Assembly (NCBI RefSeq): GCF_037042905.1
Contig: NC_087246.1
Location: 35,898,001-35,962,000 of the forward strand
DNA: 64,000 nt
DNA from: Lytechinus pictus
Taxonomy: Eukaryota
Direction of reading: 5' to 3'
Made by a program: the position numbers and the translations under genes. Positions 50,741 through 64,000 of the stretch are shown here, piece by piece. The notes beneath the pieces are model-generated. The model saw only the letters and a list, made by a program, of their open reading frames with translations. It did not search any database and was not told the origin of the DNA. Positions within the stretch are counted from its first letter, which is position 1; each line of letters starts with the position of its first letter.

Positions 50741-51444
50741 TTTTGATTCCGAATGAATGGCAGAGTTACTTTTTTTCCTTTTCTTCTTCTTCCTTTTCTT
50801 CTTCATTTATTTCTCTCCTTTTCTCTTCTCTCTCTCCCCTCAATGTATACGTTGTATAGCAGTGCAGATTCTAATGTTCAAGCGGGGGCTTGCCTGGGTC
50901 ATTGTTTTTTTTTGGGGGGAGCGAGGCGCAGATATGGTGGGGCTGGGGAGGGTGGGATGGGATGGGCAAGGTGGTGTGGGGAAGGAGGGGGCCTGAGTGC
51001 GGGTTTTGGTTTTCTTTATTTTTTCTGTATTATATTTCTTAAGTTTCTTTCAGTGAATTGGAATAATGAATGGACCAGTTTAATTGATTTAAATCTATAG
51101 ATTTGTGTACCTGTTATACTTTGTTATTGGTACTTTGATGTATTATTTATGAAGTTAATCGTCAGTTTATGTTTGTATTTCAGAGCTGGTTGTAAATGTC
51201 ACTGAATGAATTGATTTAAAAGAAAAAAACACTTGGGGTGGGAGGTAGAACATCACTGTTTTTTATCATTGTTTTTTTTTCTCTTTCTTGTCATTTACAT
51301 GTAATACATCACAGAAGCGGATCTAGAGGGGGGGTTGGGGGGGTTGCAACCCCCCAAAAAAAAATCCGGGGACCATTTTTTTAAATCTTATCTTTTTTTT
51401 TAAACTTGTAATTTTATTTTATTCTATTTCTATGTATTTATTTC

Positions 51445-51478
<34 letters not shown>

Positions 51479-52089
51479 TCTTTTGGGGGGAGGGGGGGGT
51501 TGGGCGAACAAATGTTACATTGCAGGAAAATGCAACTTAATTTTACAAATTTTCATGGGGGTTAATTTGGCAACGACCTCTATACCAAAAAGAGTGGTGT
51601 TTTAGATGCAAGAAAACGCCATTTTCACACACAGATTTTCAAAAATTTTCCCTACTGTGGGAGGGGGACACCCCCCTCCCACACCCTCCCCCCTCGCTCG
51701 CTCCGCTCGCTTGGACTCGGTCGCTACGCTCCCTCGCATACCACCCCAACCCCCCCCCTTTATAAAAAGCTGGATCCGCCCCTGCATCATGTTAAAATTT
51801 TCATTTGTAATTGTTGAAACTGGGGTTGAAACGCATGTTGTCATCAGTATCCGGGTCAGTATTAATTTCCGGTATATTTGAAGTTCGATGTATATTTGTA
51901 TAATCATATGGGATATGGATTTATTGCAAAATTTATAATCATGTTTCAATTGATTTTTCATGAAATGTAAATGTGTATTTTGATTTGAGAGAATACAATA
52001 AAAACATCCTTTAAAAAAAATTAAAAAAAACACTCGATTCTGCTCTCCAACATTAGACCTAAAGAGGGCGGTTTTCTAAAACACGTAAT

Positions 52090-52169
52090 AGGCAGTGGGA
52101 GGATCAGCACAGAGGTTGATGCCTGATGTCGAAAATTTTCTTTTCCCCTGTAGATTTGCTAGAATTAAG
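52090..52169 (+). promoter_or_regulatory. Candidate non-coding first exon of the RNF5/RNF185 gene
   Basis: Strong donor AAG|GTAAGT at 52170 next to a CpG-richer stretch; link to the gene is inferred. Confidence 0.35.
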
Positions 52170-52665
52170 GTAAGTTTTCAATTCACATTTCATTTTTGCA
52201 TATATTGTAAAATGATATCATCAACGAGATAGAGCAATATATGTCTCAGGATAGTTATGTAAGCACGAAAAAGAATAGCAATAAAAGATGTGTGTGATGG
52301 GACTGATGAGCTGCTGTGCTAGTCGACGCGAGCGTTACCGAGAACGGTACGATACACTACTGGACCGGGAGAGCGTCGGCGGTGCAGTGCAGTGACGGGC
52401 ATATAGGCCTAGACCAAAAGCTTCAGTCTCTGACTCAGCTTTGTACTGTAGATTTGGTTGTTCCGCTGAACTGCGTTGGCTTCTCGCCAGACTGAAGTAT
52501 ACTTGGCCCTAGATAGCTGGCAGCCGTCTGCTTCAAGGAGCTTTTTTAATAATTTCACACCCCTTCTTAACAAGGAAACAAAAATAAGTCATCACGAATA
52601 AAAAAAAAAATTGAAATTCATGCATTTTATAATATGGGACAGATGTAGCCTAGAAGGCTAGTAGC

Positions 52666-55600
52666 CACGTACGTGCATAGCGCCAACTTAATGTGTTCCG
52701 CCATCTTGATTGTTGGTTGCCGATAAAATGCGCATTTTCAGATTTTTTAACGCTCAGTTATTATCCATGACTGAAACATTGACCAATCAAAAACTAAGAT
52801 TCTATAAGAAATATGAATATTCATATACGAAAGTATAAACATAGATAATTCAGTTTTATGTGAAATTTAAACCCAATACTTCAAAATATGGTTAGTTTTA
52901 TGTCTCTAAAATGACCCTTAAAACCAGAATTTTATTACTAAAAAATAAAGGTTTTCCCAAGTTGCCATGGTAACGTGGTCTGAGATATAAAAGCTTAGCA
53001 AACACTTCATTTCAGTGATCGAGGATGTATTTGTTTACGTTATACGCAAGGCTCGACATTAGCGGTGGCCCGGGGCCACCAAAAATTCACCTCGGGCAAC
53101 CATTATTGATAAAATGTTAAGTTTTGGTGGCCCGAATCGGGCAACCAATAATTTTCAAAGTAGCGCAATTTTTCTCCCAATTTTGCACGCATTTATCAAC
53201 TTTCTACAGCTCAAATTGCAAGCCAGTTCGTCATGCGCCCTTTTTGTTGATCTACACACAAATACACACACACAAAGTTTGCATATTAGGCCTACAGCTA
53301 TAGCATACAGTAGCTATTATCCAGCCAGACGCGCCGGCCGGCTGGCGTGAGCTTTGCATGAAGCCACTGCATACAGCTGTGCTCTAGATCTAGCTAGCTC
53401 AGCCTATTCAGACTCAGGGAGCTGCGATAAAAAATGTTGCAGCTGAGAAATCTTCCACAGAACTTTGAAAATCTCAGTCAAAGTCACATTTTACACCAAT
53501 GAAATGCAATTCTACAGTCTATATTACGAAAATCTGGTGTATCCTGATTATTTGCAAGTATTAAGAAGAGGAATTATGACCTCTCTTTTGACTCAAAAAG
53601 ACCGATTTCCACATGAATTAATACACATAAAACACATAGGCAATTACATCACAGTCCCACGTGTGCATTTGTATGTATGTTGATACTTGGTTTCTTTCGA
53701 AGCTGTGTATTTTCTAGCCAAAAACAAACAGACAGTTTCTTTCTTTCTTGTTTATAAATGACTTCTTAAACCACTCTTGAGAAAGTAAATACTTTGGGAA
53801 GGCATTTCATTGATATGAAATGTGATTTTTTCACCCAACATTTTGGCAAATATAGGGAAGGACTTTTCTCACACTTTTTTTCCAGATATAATTTTTGCCG
53901 TTTTCTTTTTTTTTTCCTTTCATTTTTTTTTGACAGTGGTTAAACCATTTATACACCTTCCCATTGAATATGCCTGATTAAAAAATATGTTTCTACTGAA
54001 AATAAAATAATACAAACTAAAGGATATAAAAATAAAAATGTGCCATTCCCATAAAGTAAGTGAAAATTATTTGCTTGGCTTTTAATTATATTCCAGTCAG
54101 AATAGACTGTTGCCACATCTGTTAAAAAATATATGTAATGGCTTCTTAATTTTCCCCTTTTCCCCATTTTTTTATTAACTTTGTTTTATTAATTTTTCTT
54201 TCATTTTCTTTTCTTTTTTCTCTCTAATTTTTTTATTTTCTTTTTTTCCCTGTTCTTTGTTTTTTCTTTCTTCATTTTCTTTCTTTTGTTTTATTTCACT
54301 AATTTCTTTTATTATTTTTGTTTTCTTTTTGTAATATACTTTTTGAAAATTATTTTCGTTTGTTTCCCCCTTTTATGCATTGTTCTAATTTTGCAGCATA
54401 TTTTTCTGTGATTTTCTCCTTCTATAATATGCTGCAAAAGAGAAAACAGAAATAAACTGGATTTGGGGCATGCATATTCTAGGTTTTAGGATTCAAAGAG
54501 GAAGGAAGGAAAAACCATTGTTTTGTACATCTATCTGAATTTGCTATGCACTATTTATTTACTTTACCATTATCTCTATACAGAGATTTAAAAAAAGTCC
54601 ACACAACCTGCGAACAATACAATTAATTTATTCTCTTTCAATCATTTCATTTTTACAACAATAGAAACGTTTATCAATTAGCAAAGTAAAATTACAGCAA
54701 ACAAGGTTTACATGTATAAAGTAAAAGTAACATAGTGGTAGTGGCTGCAGAATTAATATTTCAGAAGTTTGTTTTATTCATTTTTAATGTTTTTCTTTAT
54801 ATTTTTCGGGCCACCAAACTTTAATATCGGGCCACCAAAAAAAAAATTTTGATGGTTTTGGTGGCCCGAACGGGCCACCACCAAAAAAAGTTAATGTGGA
54901 GCCTTGTTATACGTCTACATAAATTATAACATTTTTTCCAGACCATGGATGAACTTTCAAAAAGAGACATTTAAGGCAAGTTTTTACGATTTCCGGCAAT
55001 TTTCTGACACAGGCACTTTGAAGAGGTAATTTTTACAGAATTAGAAGAAGACATCGTGGATTTTCCTAATTATCACGACGGATATGCAACTTACTTGTAA
55101 ACAAATCAAACAAAGTCTATGATACATTTTCGATAATGCAAAAAGAGACATTCAAGTCTCTGATTGAGAGCCGCAGATTGAACATTCGCACGGCGCAATG
55201 GCAGCGTTTTCGCCGAATTCGTCGGGGCGAAAACTCCAAGCGAGCCGTACCACTCACCAGTCCTGAACGCTGCGCTGTATGTTTGATGATTTATCTGGTG
55301 CCATTTCGTGCTTATAAATTTGTTTTTTCTACAATGCCACTATCTCATTAAAATTGTTTGTCATGATAACATTGGAAATATTATCGTTTAATGGCCCAAA
55401 GGATCGACTGTAATAAAAGATACTTTGAAATATTGTCAGAGAGTGATTAGTTAGGTGATGTTTATGGTCAGAATTTAGTCATGGCTTTGGGTGAACTTAC
55501 GCGAACGCGGTCACTTGCTCACGGGGCGAGTCGGCCTGGCCCTTTGGTGGAAGGCCGTTAGGCAACGTGCAGTGCAGCTAGAGCAGAGTTGGGGAGTTAT

Positions 55601-57444
55601 AGGTATAAAAATACTTTGAAATAAGTAATCTGCAAATATTTTTGTCTTATCCCTTTGGATTACTTAGATGAGAAATTCAAATTCTCAAAGTTTGAATCAA
55701 ATTTTAGACAGTGACAACAAAGAGTGGTGCTGTATGGGGGGGGGGGGTCTTGCATGCCCCCAATTCACGAACAAGAAAAAAAAAAGGAAAAGGTAAGAGA
55801 ATCTTGCGAAATTGTTCAATTGGATTTTTGTAACCAAAAGTCAAAATTATGCTTATGTCGCTTGCTTGCAACTATATATTTTATAAATTTTGCCTGATAC
55901 GCCATATCGTAGTACCCTCAATTATTTTCACTTGTTACGCCACTGACATGACTGATATAACATCTACTAGTTTATGATAACATTATTTGGTTGCGGGATC
56001 AAAGCATCAGCTATAGCTAAACATTTATACTTTATGCCTGTTCAACTTCCAATACAGGTTTAGGCCTGTATTTATGAGATGTTAAGATCTATGAGTGCCT
56101 TTATTATTTTCATTTTCAATTAAAACAATTATTAATTATGTATTAATTTAGTATTAACCTCGATGATACATTTTATTGTGTTAAATCGTACAATTTCTGT
56201 TGTATTAATTAAGCCCCTTATTAAGCCCTTTTAAAAACATGCTTATAGTAGCAGACCCCCCCCCCCCATATATAAAGACATAGTGTAGGCCTATATAGAA
56301 CTAATTGAACCCCCCCCCCTATTGAGGACAAAATGAAAAAAAATACTCAAAATAATCGACCACCCCCCCCCCCCTTTGACGAGGCAGCTGTCGGTGGCCT
56401 GATGTCTTCATTGACTTCTTTTTGCTTGTAAAAATAATATTAAAGAAATAGGGGCTACTCTAAGTTTTCCCATATGAAAATTCATTTGGATCTGCAAGTG
56501 CATGAGGCTGCGCCCCCTCCAACGTCATAGCTACCCCATATCTTTAGGTTCTAGCTCTCATATTTTTCAGCTCCCTGATTTTTTGGAAGAAAAAAAAAAC
56601 GAGGCGAAAGAAAAGAGTGAAATAAATGAAATACGATTAATCAAAATTTGAGTTGTTTGAAAGAATTATACTTATCAGAGAAACTAAATTAAATTCTACA
56701 ACCATGAAGAATAACAGCAATCTTGATAAATTCTGTTTTTTTTTTCAAAATCAGAACCAATCAACCTTTTTCTGATTATTCTGTCACTTTCCATATTTTG
56801 GAGAAAAAATAAAAGTGTTCATCGACGCCCTGTACTGCATGATGAAACTGTATCCCCACTCGGCCCGGCCCTCGTAACCCCCCCCCCTCTCTCTCTCTCT
56901 CCCTCCCCCCCCCCCCCACCACAATGCCCCTTGCTCATTTCTCTTATCTCACCTTGACCTTAATTAATTAATCTTAACTATTTGGCGGTACAGTCAAACG
57001 TGACTGGTCGCCATCATAGTTTCATCCCCAACAAACAAGGAACAAACAATAACAATTCTGTTTTTTCGACCCAACATCATTCCTTTCAATACGCGTAAGG
57101 CTATACGTGGGCACGCACAAACAACGTGGGTTAACAAAAACTGACCCGCGTTTGGACTGAAATTGTGATTAAAATAAAAATGTTATAAATATGAAAAAAA
57201 TATATGTATAATGAAGGATATTTGATAAACGGAAAAACATTAATCGCTAATTCATAAAAATGCTGGAAAAGATTGGACAGAGGTTTTTAACAACGGTAAT
57301 CAAGGGGAATTAGTGTATGGGTGAATGGCGTTCGAGCTTTAGCCGAGCGTTAGCCGGTGAGGGCGCGGGCCAAATCTGCCTGAATCTGGCAATATGGCGT
57401 CGTCCATTAAGCTGACGTTAGCCAGCGGCGACTGCACGTACGTG
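52666..57444. mobile_element. Chapaev-like (CAC..GTG, 4-bp TSD) non-autonomous element, 4.8 kb, with nested insertions
   Basis: TIR CACGTACGTGCA / TGCACGTACGTG; TSD TAGC (52662-52665, 57445-57448); its removal restores the TSD of the neighbouring element. Confidence 0.78.
53047..54906. mobile_element. P-element-like non-autonomous element
   Basis: TIR CAAGGCTCGACATTA / TAATGTGGAGCCTTG; 7-bp TSD TTATACG; subterminal GGTGGCCCG / CGGGCCACC repeats at both ends. Confidence 0.78.
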
Positions 57445-57447
57445 TAG

Positions 57448-57977
57448 CCCGGGGGGGGGCACTCAGTATATAATGCATAGTGGGTATGTGCCGCGGAGGG
57501 GACCCCCATTTTTACACTCAAATTTCCGTTCCAAGGCAAAGCATTTTTGTCTTATTGAGAAAAAGAACAAAGAAAGCCGCTCCAAGGCATAGCATTTCCT
57601 TCTTATCGAGAAAAAAGAAGAAAGAAATCAGCTCCAAAGCTTCGCATATTTTTCGTTACGTCGTTCCGGTCGCATTGATCTGCTACAATTTTGGTGAAAA
57701 GCGGCCGTAGAGCGCTTTTCGACCATCGAGCGCACCCGGCGGAGGCCGCGCTAGCTGCGTCATGCACGATTGCCCGTTCCATAGGGATGCATACGCACTC
57801 ACAGAGATACGGAGATCCGTTCCGAGGACCCCCGTTTTCACAAACATTTGTAGTTCCGAAGCCCGTTCCGAGGACCCTCCTTTTTACAATAAGCCCGCTC
57901 CAAGGCCCCCGTTTTTTGCCTCGCCCGCGGCACACCCCTACCACTTTTTTGGTCGAGTGCCCCCCCCCCCCCCCGGG
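57448..57977. mobile_element. CCCGGG-ended GC-rich non-autonomous element
   Basis: CCCGGGG..GCACTC / GAGTGC..CCCCGGG; 8-bp TSD GCTAGTAG at 57978-57985, with the left copy displaced to 52657-52664. Confidence 0.8.
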
Positions 57978-58017
57978 GCTAGTAGAAGACTCTGTGATCA
58001 TATTTTTAAATGATTTT

Positions 58018-59262
58018 GAGGCGCTAGTGTAGTTTCGCACCTCCCCGTTTAATGGTTTTCAAACATGTACAATCTCACCCTAAATAATTCACAACCTAAA
58101 ATACTTGCATCTGAGCCTCCAAAGTCCAGTAGAAGTTGAATATTTGCCGTTTTGACACTTTTTAAAAAAAAGTTTTACACCTATTTCGGAATCACTCGGT
58201 CGCTTGAAGCTCAGCGCTGCGCTGCACATAAGCAGTCGGTACGCGTACAGTACGTACCACCTAGCGAAGTGCAAGAAGAGCGAGTTTTTCTATGGTATCT
58301 TCAAAAAGATTTTTTTCCCCTCTTTCATTATTTTTTCTTATTTCATCGCTTAATCTACGTGTATTCACATTTTTCACATTTCTTATTTCATTCAAAAAAA
58401 TCACACACACGCACACCCCACACACATACCTTCACACAACAAACGTCAACCACTCTGCACAACCACTACCGTAATACTTGGTGCAAGCTGAAAGAGGGGA
58501 AAAAATCTTTTTGAAGATACCATAGAAAAACTCGCTCTTCTTGCACTTCACTAGGTGGTACGTATATACGCGTACCGACTGCTTATGTGCAGCGCTGAGC
58601 TTGATCAAGCGATCGCGACCGAGTGATTCCGAAATAGGTGTAAAACTTTGTAAAAAAGTGTCAAAACGGCAAATACTGAACTTCTTTATACCTTTATACC
58701 GCATCTACTGGAAAAATACAGTTGTTCCTGCAGTCAAGTTTCCAGGTCTATCTTGTTGTCTTCCTATCTTGTTGTCTTCCTAGCTTGTTGTCTTCCTAGC
58801 TTGGATAAGTTCGAAAACTGAGTCTGTGCTATTTGTGCAATGTGCTGTGCCAATTAATGTATTGGAATGAAATAGGCACTATTCCCATGCGTGAACATAA
58901 TGCCACGCAGACCAGAACTTGTCTAACTTTGTCTTGAAGCCATTGATTGTTGATGCTGTGACTACCTCAGTAGGCAAGGAGTTCCAGTCATTAACCACTC
59001 TAACACTGAAGGTGTTTTGTCTCACTGCCAGTCTACTCCTTTTCAAAAATAGCTTGTAAGGGTGGCCACGCGTTGCTTGAGTGGTAGCTGATGTGAAGAA
59101 TAGGTCTCTATTCACATCATCAATGCCATAAATTATTTTATAGGTTTCTACTGGACTTTGGAGGCTCAGATGCAAGTATTTTAGGTTGTGAATTATTTAG
59201 GGTGAGATTGTACATGTTTGAAAACCATTAAACGGGGAGGTGCGAAACTACACTAGCGCCTC
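58018..59262. mobile_element. Fold-back DNA element with ~310-bp TIRs (GAG..CTC), right arm split by a CR1 fragment
   Basis: Left arm 58018-58327; right arm 58489-58685 plus 59146-59262; ATTTT on both flanks. Confidence 0.85.
58686..59145 (-). mobile_element. 3' fragment of a CR1-clade LINE
   Basis: ETYKII..TRGHPYKL..FSVRVVNDWNSLP..FKTKLDKFW; (GGTATAAA)n-type tail; TTCT at both junctions. Confidence 0.85.
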
Positions 59263-60667
59263 ATTTTGATATTGTCATTTGATCACGGAGCCTAGACAAG
59301 GCAGCCAATGCCACTATGGAGAAGATCGTAGTCCAGATTCCCTTTATATTTAACATTAGAACTAGTCGTCCATATGTAAACCACTCATTCAATGAACAAG
59401 GTTATGATGTAAACCAAAATTTTATTAAATTGCATACCTTTATACACCTAATGCATTAAACATGTTAAAGGTATGATAGTTTCCCCCCAAAAATAAGAAA
59501 AATTAGGTGTTTCTTACCAGACAGATGTCATGTATCTCCATATTGTTAACACTGCAATATAATAGGCTTGACCCTTAAACCCGCTTCGATATGACGTAAA
59601 CGTTCGTCGTAGCTTCAATGAGCTGTATTACGAAGTGCCGTTTTGAAGAAAAATTTATAGATTAAAAATGTTTTTTTATTAAATAATAGAATTTAAATAT
59701 TGATTGTAAATAATATTACAATAATCTCAAGGATCTCAAGAGGGGCCTGGGAGCCCCCCCCCCCCCCCCCTCTCCGGCCATATGAACTCCCAAAATACCC
59801 CGGCCTAGATAGGGTTAAACCAATTAACTGCAGGATTGACTTCTAGTTTATAGAATTGAGAATAGTTCTATGTAATCTTTTTTTAAGACGAGTTGCATGT
59901 AATTACATGCCAGAGTGCAGTGTAGAAGTCTAATCCAACACTTTTTACACTAGACCATTACTAATTGACATGATCTACAGCACATTTTTTATGATGCCTT
60001 GACTTTTATTGCTTACCCAAATGCCCATATTCATTGGCCTATCTTAGTAATAGTATTTATACTAAACTTTTGCTCATTTTAAGAATTATTTTCAGCTCAT
60101 TTTTTTCACAGATTTGCTCTCTAATATCTACTTACTTTTCAGCCACACCAGGCATCATAAACGGCTCTATTTTGGATTTGAGTTTTTCTTTCACGTCTTG
60201 GTTAGACTTCGTCTTTTAATGTACATGTAATTTTGATACGCATAGCGATCAATATTTTGCAAACATGCAACTACGTTCATGTATAAGTTTAGCCGCACGT
60301 ATGCATGAAATATGCATGAACGTTGCTTTACTGATCACTCTGACTCAAATATTTCCTTCAGATTAAGACATCTTTTTCACTTTTTTTCTCCAACAGTATA
60401 TGCACAGCAGTTTTAAGAAGAGTATTCAAGACGTTTTGATGACAAGCACATTCAGTAATAATGCATCTCACAGCCTGGATGTAGCCCACAGTATCGTCAC
60501 GTCCTAATCCATTTGCATAAACACAGAAGTTCCAGCAGACCAGTATGACCTCATAGTCTCCATTATTTCTAAAGGATGCAACTTTTCTAGGAGGCAGGTT
60601 GACTTTCCACAAGATAGATTCAGACTCCTTGAAGAATACATTTTTTGAAATACATAATAATTCCACC

Positions 60668-63600
60668 ATGGCAAGCAACAGTACGGAGGACGGTAACCAG
60701 AAGCCTAGCAATGGGGCATCAGCATCGGCAGAAGATCCAAGTAACCAAGAGAGCTTGTTTGAGTGCAACATATGTCTTGATACTGCCAAAGATGCGGTCG
60801 TCAGTAGATGTGGTCATTTATTCTGGTGAGTCGAAAGTCTTTTCAGAAATATACTTGATGATAGGCAATTTGAGCTTGGCATGATGAGGGATTTGATACT
60901 TTCTTGCAAAGAGGGGGAGTTATTTCTCAAATCATTGAGGAAAGCATTGGAAATATGGCAAGATACATGTACATACATGTAGGCAGTGTCAAAATCAAAC
61001 ATAGCGTCTGTTCAAACTACGGGCCATCATGTTAAACTATGTTGTTCGTAAACTGTGCCTTTTAGTCATTTCATTACAAATAGAGCAAAGATGACAAACA
61101 TCCATGTATGCATGCCCTCTTAAAAATCCAATAGTTATTAATTAAATTATTATTATCAAGCTCTATTTTGAAAATATGTCAAAAGAATTAAGTCCATTAC
61201 AAATAATACATACACTCTATGTACTGTACATAACAGTAACAAATACTTCTTTGTCTTTCCCCCTAATACATGAACATGCAGTTGGCCTTGTTTATACCAG
61301 TGGCTTGAAACCAGACCAAACAGACAAGTATGTCCAGTATGCAAAGCAGGTATTAGCAGAGATAAGGTTATTCCATTATATGGCAGGGGGAGTACAAATC
61401 AAAAAGATCCCAGGTAAGTGACGTTTGCTTTTAATTAGAATTGTAAGTGGTAATGCACAATTAAGCGACATGTTTGATTCAAATCTTTGGTATTCTTCTT
61501 TCATAAGGGCATCACAACCTGATAGAATGACTATGTCAGTAATTTGCACTTGTTCAGGGTAAAGACGGTTTGATCACATGAGATTGAACCAATTTGACTA
61601 TACACCACACTTTGGAGTCAATATGAAAATATCCCTAGAAGTGGAACCGAGTTCATATTTTTTCACTTTCTTTCATTGCATTTACAGAGAAAAGATGCCA
61701 CCCAGACCACAGGGAGAAAGACATGAACCAGAGACACAAGGGGTAAGTGATTTCTGCAGGGGGCTATTTCATAAACCTGGCAATGAAGTTATGCACAGTA
61801 TTACGAACGACTGAAGTAAGGCAGGCCAGTTGTTTGTCTTCTGCACATTAGCTGTTAAAGTGGAAAATGGAGTTTCTGAGTAACATTTCGACTGTTAACA
61901 CAATTTTTAGGGCAAAATGTACCTTTCGTTCAATGAAATGCAGTCATAGTATGCAAAGATGTCATTCAAAAGTTTTGGGTCACTTTGTAGCACTTCATAT
62001 TCCATTTGCTTCTCAAAGTCATGAAGAGCTTTATAAACAGCTTTGTGACACACTTTATCTCTCCTTGTGAGTTGCATTTTGAACCCTTTTTTCTGTGGGA
62101 TAAATGGTAGTTATTATTTTGTACTTTCTTTGGTTGCCAGCCAGGCAAACGATAGTGTACTACTAATATATTATAAGTTGTCTGATACCAACCAAAGAAA
62201 AAAAAGTACAGTGAGATCTCTGTAACCTACATGTAATATAACCAAAGGTTTGTTCTTTTTGATTGGATTTTATACATGCTTCTTTCATTAAACGATTTCT
62301 TTAATTAAATCTAATTGGAACCGATTATTCCCTGTAGAAATTCTAGTGAAATACTTATTTTCTGTAATCAACCAGTTAAAACAGTTATGTGGTGCGTAAT
62401 ACAATCTGTGCTTTAGAATTCTCTTATAGCAAGAATATTTACCAAGTTTGTTACCTTCATGTACCTTAGGAATTCCATTCAACTTTTCATGGGTTTAAAA
62501 GTTTATGAGTAGAGATAAAATCATCCATACATAATTTTATCTGGGATTTAGAAGATTCAAAATGTTTTCTTGTGTTTTTTTTTTTTTTTTTGATGATAAA
62601 AATAATTACATAATAAATTATAAAAATTTCATCTTGAAATGATTTCTAATATATCCTGATTTGTATTCATTTTAACAGCCATTCCAGGGTTTTGGTTTTG
62701 GAGATGGTGGTTTTCACATGTCCTTTGGTATCGGTGCCTTTCCTTTCGGTTTCTTTGCATCAACATTCAATCTAGGTGATGGCAGAGTAGGACATCCACG
62801 TAAGTATCAAGAAAGATTAGGACCCTGTTTTACATTTAAAAAAGTTATGATTGATCCGATCAATGTCAGCAAAGTCTTTAAATATGCCCATTCCATGTTA
62901 AGTTGATGAATACTTGTGAATTTGTCATTGATTTGACCAGTCAACAAGCACGATTCTTGTGTTATCTGACAGTGCATACACCATTAAAAAATTATGACCT
63001 CAATGGATTTTTATAGTTGAGATTGATAGGATCAATTCTGATTCTTGTGAGACAGGTTTCCGGGCCAATTGCAAAGGACCTTCAATTATAACATTTCCAT
63101 TGATTGTAACTGAAATAATTCTAAGGCATATTTTTGAATGGCTATTGAATGATGGGGCCAAAGAAGTTAACATTTTAGTCATCACAAATGAAATATTTCT
63201 GCTCTTAAATAGTGTTTTTATATGTACACCTAAATTTCAAGTATGAATAACTAACAAACAAATGACATTGTTAACCCCCTCAAAAAAAAAATGTTCAATT
63301 TATAGTATATCTTTCAACAAAATCATGTTTAACAAAATTACTTTGCATGAGTTTTTTTTTTTTTTTTTTTTTTTTTTACATTTCTGAGCATTGATAGGAA
63401 TGCTCAGCATTATCACTTTACAAAAGTCACAAGAGTAATTTAGGGGGATCTGTGAATGAATAAAAGTTATTTTTTAGTCTTTATTCCTGTCATTTTAATC
63501 CTTCTTACCTATAACCTGATGCGTTATAGTTTTCATTTCTATTCGTTTCTCTTTAATTGAACCTTGCTAGATCCATAATTTCATTTTATTCCAACCCAAC

Positions 63601-63876
63601 CTCAAGATTATAAGATATCTTACAGATGATCATTAAAGTTTTTTTTTTTTAACTCTCCTTCCTTTCTCTCCATCGCCTCTCTCCCTCCTTCACTCCCTTG
63701 CCCATCTACGTGTCTCTCTCTTTCTCTTTCCCTCCCTCTTTCTTTCTTTCTTTCTTTCTTTTGGCTTTATTCTTACAGCTCGTCCACAAGTTCCTAGCAA
63801 TCCTGAAGAGCAGTTTTTATCCAAAGTGTTCCTGTGGGTAGCATTTCTCTTTGTATTCTGGTTGCTAGTAGCCTGA
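60668..63876 (+). CDS. RNF185: RNF5/RNF185 (RMA1)-family ER-membrane RING E3 ubiquitin ligase, 187 aa; exons 60668-60825, 61282-61413, 61688-61742, 62679-62799, 63779-63876
   Basis: [81 protein letters not shown]-terminal TM; all GT-AG with compatible phases. Confidence 0.95.
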
Positions 63877-64000
63877 TGCTGGTTGAAACCGTGTAAGATC
63901 AAACTACTGCTTTATTGCAACCAGGGCCCTGTTTTAACAAACAATGTCAACTTCCACAATCTGCTGTTAAAAGCTACTGAAAGTAGTCTGTTGATTGGCC

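Noticed and set aside
54940-55320. Possible transposase exons inside the Chapaev-like element
   Set aside because: Splice-like signals exist, but no continuous frame or recognisable motif could be built
57603-58040. GC-rich ORFs on both strands
   Set aside because: Lie inside a non-autonomous element; no domain similarity

Overview
AT-rich, intron-containing animal genomic DNA. The repeat families resemble those of an echinoderm, possibly a Lytechinus-type sea urchin; this is an inference. Five host genes can be reconstructed. Two form a divergently transcribed, inverted-duplicated pair of 4-exon genes (4874-6693 minus; 9252-12026 plus) that the ORF track shows only in fragments. They encode small secreted acidic 6-Cys proproteins with an RFRR furin site and a Ser/Glu-rich S-x-E tail. 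The others are an unrecognised Lys/Ser/Glu-rich protein with tandemly duplicated exons (26499-32920), a single-exon GT10 alpha-1,3/4-fucosyltransferase (38938-40101 minus) and an RNF5/RNF185 RING E3 ligase (60668-63876). The window is dense in transposons. These include a near-intact L2/Crack/CR1-group LINE (SGNH-esterase ORF1; ORF2 = 2A/StopGo + PHD + APE + RT), truncated LINEs, and many non-autonomous DNA elements with readable target-site duplications (TSDs) and terminal inverted repeats (TIRs) (hAT-, P-, Chapaev-, Kolobok-, CACTA- and Helentron-like). There are also three large fold-back palindromes, one inserted into the terminus of its own family. Most promising novelty: the secreted proprotein pair and the palindromic TAG..CTA elements whose arms carry promoter/first-exon-like motifs.
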